A program made the position numbers and the translations under genes. A stretch of 64,000 bases of DNA from an uncultured Bacilli bacterium (GTDB taxonomy: Bacteria > Bacillota_I > Bacilli_A > RF39 > UBA660): contig CANQMM010000001.1 of the NCBI GenBank assembly GCA_947624955.1, forward strand, positions 962 to 64,961, written 5' to 3'. Numbering within the stretch: position 1 is the first letter of the stretch; the number at the start of each line of letters is the position of its first letter. Shown here in pieces: positions 60,587 to 64,000 of the stretch. The notes below the pieces were generated by a model. The model searched no databases. It had not been told where the DNA came from and was given only the letters and a program-made list of their open reading frames with translations.

Positions 60587-61474
60587 ATGCAACTATTAAT
60601 TATGGCTGCCGGTATGGGTAGCCGTTTTGGGGGCTTAAAACAAATTGAACCCTTTGGTCCAAATGGCGAGTTTATTATCGATTATTCTATATATGATGCC
60701 ATCCAAGCCGGATTTTCTAAAGTAGTCTTTATAATTAAAGAAGAAAATTATCAACTATTTAAAGAAACTATCGGATCACGCGTTGAACCGCATATTCCTG
60801 TTGAATATGTTTTCCAAAAGATGACCAATATTCCCGATTTTGTAAAAATTCCCGAAGGAAGAACTAAACCTTGGGGAACAGCTCACGCTATCTACTGTGC
60901 TAAAGATGCTCTTACTGAACCATTTTTAGTTATTAATGCCGATGACTTTTACGGTCGCGATGCCTTTATCACCGCTAAAAAATTTTTAGATACCCAAAAA
61001 AATAAGGAGTATGCGATTATTGCTTATGAAGTAGCCAATACTATGACGCAAAATGGTTCAGTAAAAAGGGGAGTACTTACTACCAATAATGATCAGCTAA
61101 CTTCCATTACTGAAAGTGCTATCTCTTATGATAATGAAAAAATCATTGCTAAACCACTCAATAAAGAGGAAACTTATAAAATCCCTGCTAATACTTTAGT
61201 ATCGATGAACATGCTCGCTTTTGATCTATCCATCTTTGATTATCTTGCTCTAAAAATGCGCGAATACTTTCAAAATGCTGATTTAATCAATAGTGAATTT
61301 TTAATTCCTGATGTTTTAGATGCTGCCAACCAAACCGGCTTTGCGCACGTATTAGTTTTAAAAACTAATTCCACTTGGTATGGCGTAACTTACCAAGAAG
61401 ATAAGGACTATGTCAAAACGGCAATCCAAAAATTAATTGCTGAAGGTGTCTATCCTAATAATTTATGGCAATAG
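60587..61474 (+). CDS. Sugar-1-phosphate nucleotidyltransferase (NTP_transferase fold; GlmU-N/RmlA/LicC-like)
   Basis: N-terminal LIMAAGMGSRFGGLKQ nucleotide-binding loop; GTAHAI; INADDFY motifs. Confidence 0.75.
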   Translation: MQLLIMAAGMGSRFGGLKQIEPFGPNGEFIIDYSIYDAIQAGFSKVVFIIKEENYQLFKETIGSRVEPHIPVEYVFQKMTNIPDFVKIPEGRTKPWGTAHAIYCAKDALTEPFLVINADDFYGRDAFITAKKFLDTQKNKEYAIIAYEVANTMTQNGSVKRGVLTTNNDQLTSITESAISYDNEKIIAKPLNKEETYKIPANTLVSMNMLAFDLSIFDYLALKMREYFQNADLINSEFLIPDVLDAANQTGFAHVLVLKTNSTWYGVTYQEDKDYVKTAIQKLIAEGVYPNNLWQ

Positions 61475-61476
61475 AA

Positions 61477-61499
61477 AAGTAAGCAAGCGCTTACTTTTT
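61477..61499. terminator. Bidirectional terminator hairpin (AAGTAAGC-aagc-GCTTACTT + TTTT) between convergent genes
   Basis: 8-bp inverted repeat; T-run on plus strand, A-run on minus; overlaps stop of 61491..62315. Confidence 0.5.
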
Positions 61500-62315
61500 A
61501 AATCTATTAAATAGGCTCCCTAATCTAAAAGTAGGTCCTTCTTTGCCTTCATTTAATGGCTTTTCTTCTACTTCCTCTTTAGGAACTATATGATAAGTAA
61601 TGACAAAATATCGATGATCTTCACTAAAATCAATTTCCGGAGTAGCATTGTCAACAAACTCATTTACCTCTAACAAAGTTGTGATTAATAGATCTTCAGC
61701 TGCGGCTTTAAAATCTTCCGGTATTATTTCATTTTCCCCTAATGATTTACCATCTTTTTTAAATATTAAAACTTGTAAAGGATTAAGTCCTTGATGCGCC
61801 ATATAAGGAGCGTGTTTTTCACAATATATTTCAAAGCCATCACTATCAGGTACTAAAGGGAAAGGCATCGTGATAAATCCTTGCTTTAATGATAAGAGAT
61901 TGGGAAATTGATTTAGTTTATCTTTTAATAGTTCTATTCTACTCAACTTTCCGTCTAGTTCTAATTTTCTTTTAGCATCATCTGGAGCTATAGCTTTTAA
62001 TTCACTATTATATTCTTGAATTAAATGATTAGTTTTCTCTCTTAATTTATTGTATTCCTCTTTTAATTCATCTGCCCGCATATCTTTATAATATTTAAAA
62101 TCGATAATCCAATCGGCCTGGTCGACAAATCTTACTGTCTCTTCATCGTCAAAGCGGACAAATTTATCTCCATTGTGTTTAGATATCATTCCCGCTAGGG
62201 TAGCCATTTCTATAAAACTAGCCGGCACACTAGGAGCAAATGTATTCGCTAAAGCGATATCGTATAATTGCACATAGACTACTTTCGTTCCGTTTTCTTT
62301 ATTAAATATTTTCAT
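61491..62315 (-). CDS. Hypothetical protein (274 aa)
   Basis: Long ORF, soluble, no motifs recognised; RBS aaggag upstream of ATG. Confidence 0.5.
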   Translation of the reverse strand: MKIFNKENGTKVVYVQLYDIALANTFAPSVPASFIEMATLAGMISKHNGDKFVRFDDEETVRFVDQADWIIDFKYYKDMRADELKEEYNKLREKTNHLIQEYNSELKAIAPDDAKRKLELDGKLSRIELLKDKLNQFPNLLSLKQGFITMPFPLVPDSDGFEIYCEKHAPYMAHQGLNPLQVLIFKKDGKSLGENEIIPEDFKAAAEDLLITTLLEVNEFVDNATPEIDFSEDHRYFVITYHIVPKEEVEEKPLNEGKEGPTFRLGSLFNRFKK

Positions 62316-62520
62316 TATTTTCCTCTTTTCGTCTGCTCCTTATTATATTATTTACACCGTTAATTGTCAAATTTAATAGACTTGACAATCATTATTCCGC
62401 ATATTTGCCAATTTCTTTTATAAAGTACAAACATTTAAATTTTTTATGATATAATGACAATGTAATCATCGATGAATAAACTAGTTTGGATCTCAAGTTT
62501 GAGTAGTATAGGAGTTAGAA

Positions 62521-63666
62521 GTGAAAAAACAAGTAGAAAAAGATAATCTAAGATTAATGGTTTTTACTAGTGCTAGAGAATTAGGGGATAAAATTGATAG
62601 ACATTTATTAAAAAGATATGGTCTTGATCCAGAAGAAAATACCTTTATTGTACCAATGAATGAAATATTCTTTGACGATGGCCACATAAAAGTGGAAATT
62701 AAAGAAACCGTTCGTGGTAAAGATATTTTTACCTTAACGGATATCGGTAATTATTCATTAGAATATAAAATGCGGGGTTTAATTAATCATACTAGTCCTA
62801 ATGACTTAATGATTCAGTTAAAAGATGGTATTGGGGCTTGCAATAACCACGCCAGCCGTATTAACATAATTATGCCATTATTATATGATGCGCGTCAGCA
62901 TCGCCGTAATACGCGTGAAAATTTAATGTGTGGAATGACTCTTCACGAATTAGATAGTTTAAATAGTGTTAAGAGTTTAATTACTTATGATGCCCACGAC
63001 CAAGGTGTTGAACACGCCATCCATAATATGGAATTTAATAACTTTTTTGCTACTAATAATATTTTAGAAGCTTTCATTAAAGACTTAGATAAAAATGATT
63101 TAAAGAAATTAGTCTTTGTTGCTCCCGATAATGGTGCTACTGGTCGGCGCAATGTTTATTTAAATAGTTTTAATTATGACCATATTCATCGCGAAGCCGG
63201 CAGTTTTGTTAAACAACGCGATTATAATAATTTAGTCGATGGCAAATATCCCGTAATCGACCATCAATACTGTGGTAATCCTAAATTAGATGGTTTTACA
63301 GCGATTGTCAGTGACGATATGATCTCTAGTGGTGGCAGTATGTTTGATGTCATCGATGAACTCCAAAAGCGTAATGTAAAATCTGTTTATATCTTTGTAA
63401 CTTTTGCTTTATTTACTAAAGGAATAGATAAGTTTAATGAATATTATCAAGCTGGTAAATTTTCCGGGATTTACACCACTAATTTAAGTTATATTCCAGA
63501 AGAATATCATCATTGTGAATGGTTACACATCTGTGACTGTTCCGAAGAAATCGCCAATATTATTTATAATATCCATAACGATCTATCTATTTCCGGTATT
63601 ATGCACGATAAATCTACTCCTTTAAAATTATTAGAAGAAAAATTCAATGAAAAAAGTTCTGAATAA
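62521..63666 (+). CDS. Divergent ribose-phosphate pyrophosphokinase (PRPP synthetase)-like protein, 381 aa, GTG start
   Basis: N-terminal Prs-like VFTSARELGDKI...FDDGHIKVEIKETVRGKDIF; PRPP-binding loop IVSDDMISSGGS; ~60 aa longer and more divergent than canonical Prs; RBS GGAG before GTG. Confidence 0.6.
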   Translation: MKKQVEKDNLRLMVFTSARELGDKIDRHLLKRYGLDPEENTFIVPMNEIFFDDGHIKVEIKETVRGKDIFTLTDIGNYSLEYKMRGLINHTSPNDLMIQLKDGIGACNNHASRINIIMPLLYDARQHRRNTRENLMCGMTLHELDSLNSVKSLITYDAHDQGVEHAIHNMEFNNFFATNNILEAFIKDLDKNDLKKLVFVAPDNGATGRRNVYLNSFNYDHIHREAGSFVKQRDYNNLVDGKYPVIDHQYCGNPKLDGFTAIVSDDMISSGGSMFDVIDELQKRNVKSVYIFVTFALFTKGIDKFNEYYQAGKFSGIYTTNLSYIPEEYHHCEWLHICDCSEEIANIIYNIHNDLSISGIMHDKSTPLKLLEEKFNEKSSE

Positions 63667-63672
63667 GAACTT

Positions 63673-63927
63673 TTAATTTTGTGTGCTTTCGCTACTTGGT
63701 GGGTTTAATGTCATTTCCGGTACTTTTTGTTCCGGATTATGCGGATAACTAATCGCCTCATCACTTAATTGTTTAATATTTTCCCGATATAAAAGTAAAG
63801 CTTTCCTTGTGGCATCGTTAACCTCTTCTACTGTCATCCCTAAAAAATTAGCAATGGCCGTAGTAGGGAAGCATTTCCCGTCAATAAACCCTAATCTTAA
63901 AGCAATAATTACTACCTCTTTAGACAT
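63673..63927 (-). CDS. Small sigma-70 region-4-type HTH protein (84 aa)
   Basis: IALRLGFIDGKCFPTTAIANFLGMTVEEVNDATRKAL resembles sigma region 4.2 HTH. Confidence 0.45.
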   Translation of the reverse strand: MSKEVVIIALRLGFIDGKCFPTTAIANFLGMTVEEVNDATRKALLLYRENIKQLSDEAISYPHNPEQKVPEMTLNPPSSESTQN

Positions 63928-64000
63928 TAATATATCTGTAGTTTGCTTAAAGGTTGGTACATTTAATAATTCTAATACTTTTCTATAGTCTTCTTCCGTT

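Overview
This 64 kb window appears to come from a low-GC Gram-positive (Firmicutes-like) chromosome in which TGA is used as a stop codon (e.g. the 32242..34281 ORF ends in TGA), arguing against a Mollicute code 4 genome. Clostridia or Erysipelotrichia is a reasonable guess for the taxon. About 60 protein-coding genes are supported. I found no rRNA or tRNA genes, no CRISPR array and no transposase.

Housekeeping core, in order:
- pcrA and ligA as an adjacent pair
- folD, tex, an LtaS-family gene, asnB
- murE and dapF
- a CDF transporter next to a CopZ-like metallochaperone

Accessory modules interleaved with the core:
1. A SipW-type signal peptidase with a long C-terminal tail, followed by a 677-aa Asp/Cys-rich tandem-repeat surface protein.
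2. A redox cluster: a HI0933 flavoprotein, a COG2509 FAD protein, TtcA-like, a flavin-reductase/rubredoxin fusion and a thioredoxin-like protein.
3. Three paralogous XRE-HTH regulators with transmembrane tails, each next to membrane or DUF4097 cargo.
4. GntR/ABC and Cthe_2159/two-component/FtsX-ABC modules.
5. Three paralogous BRO-N/RhuM-N-domain genes: one DinD-like, one a RhuM-Doc/Fic fusion, one full-length RhuM. Their promoters carry AAAC-N3/4-GTTY inverted repeats reminiscent of SOS (LexA) boxes.
6. An orphan glutamine-synthetase-like amidoligase candidate.
7. The most novel-looking locus: a short WYL-domain regulator heading an operon of a double-SIS isomerase, a Ham1/ITPase-like NTP pyrophosphatase, a Qng1/DUF2419 nucleotide N-glycosylase and a sugar-1-P nucleotidyltransferase. 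It is flanked by a hypoxanthine-DNA-glycosylase-like gene, a Ppx/GppA phosphatase and a divergent PRPP-synthetase-like gene.

Coordinates I derived by hand (promoters, hairpins, small ORFs) may be off by 1-2 nt. CDS coordinates follow the supplied ORF track, with start codons re-picked on RBS evidence where stated.
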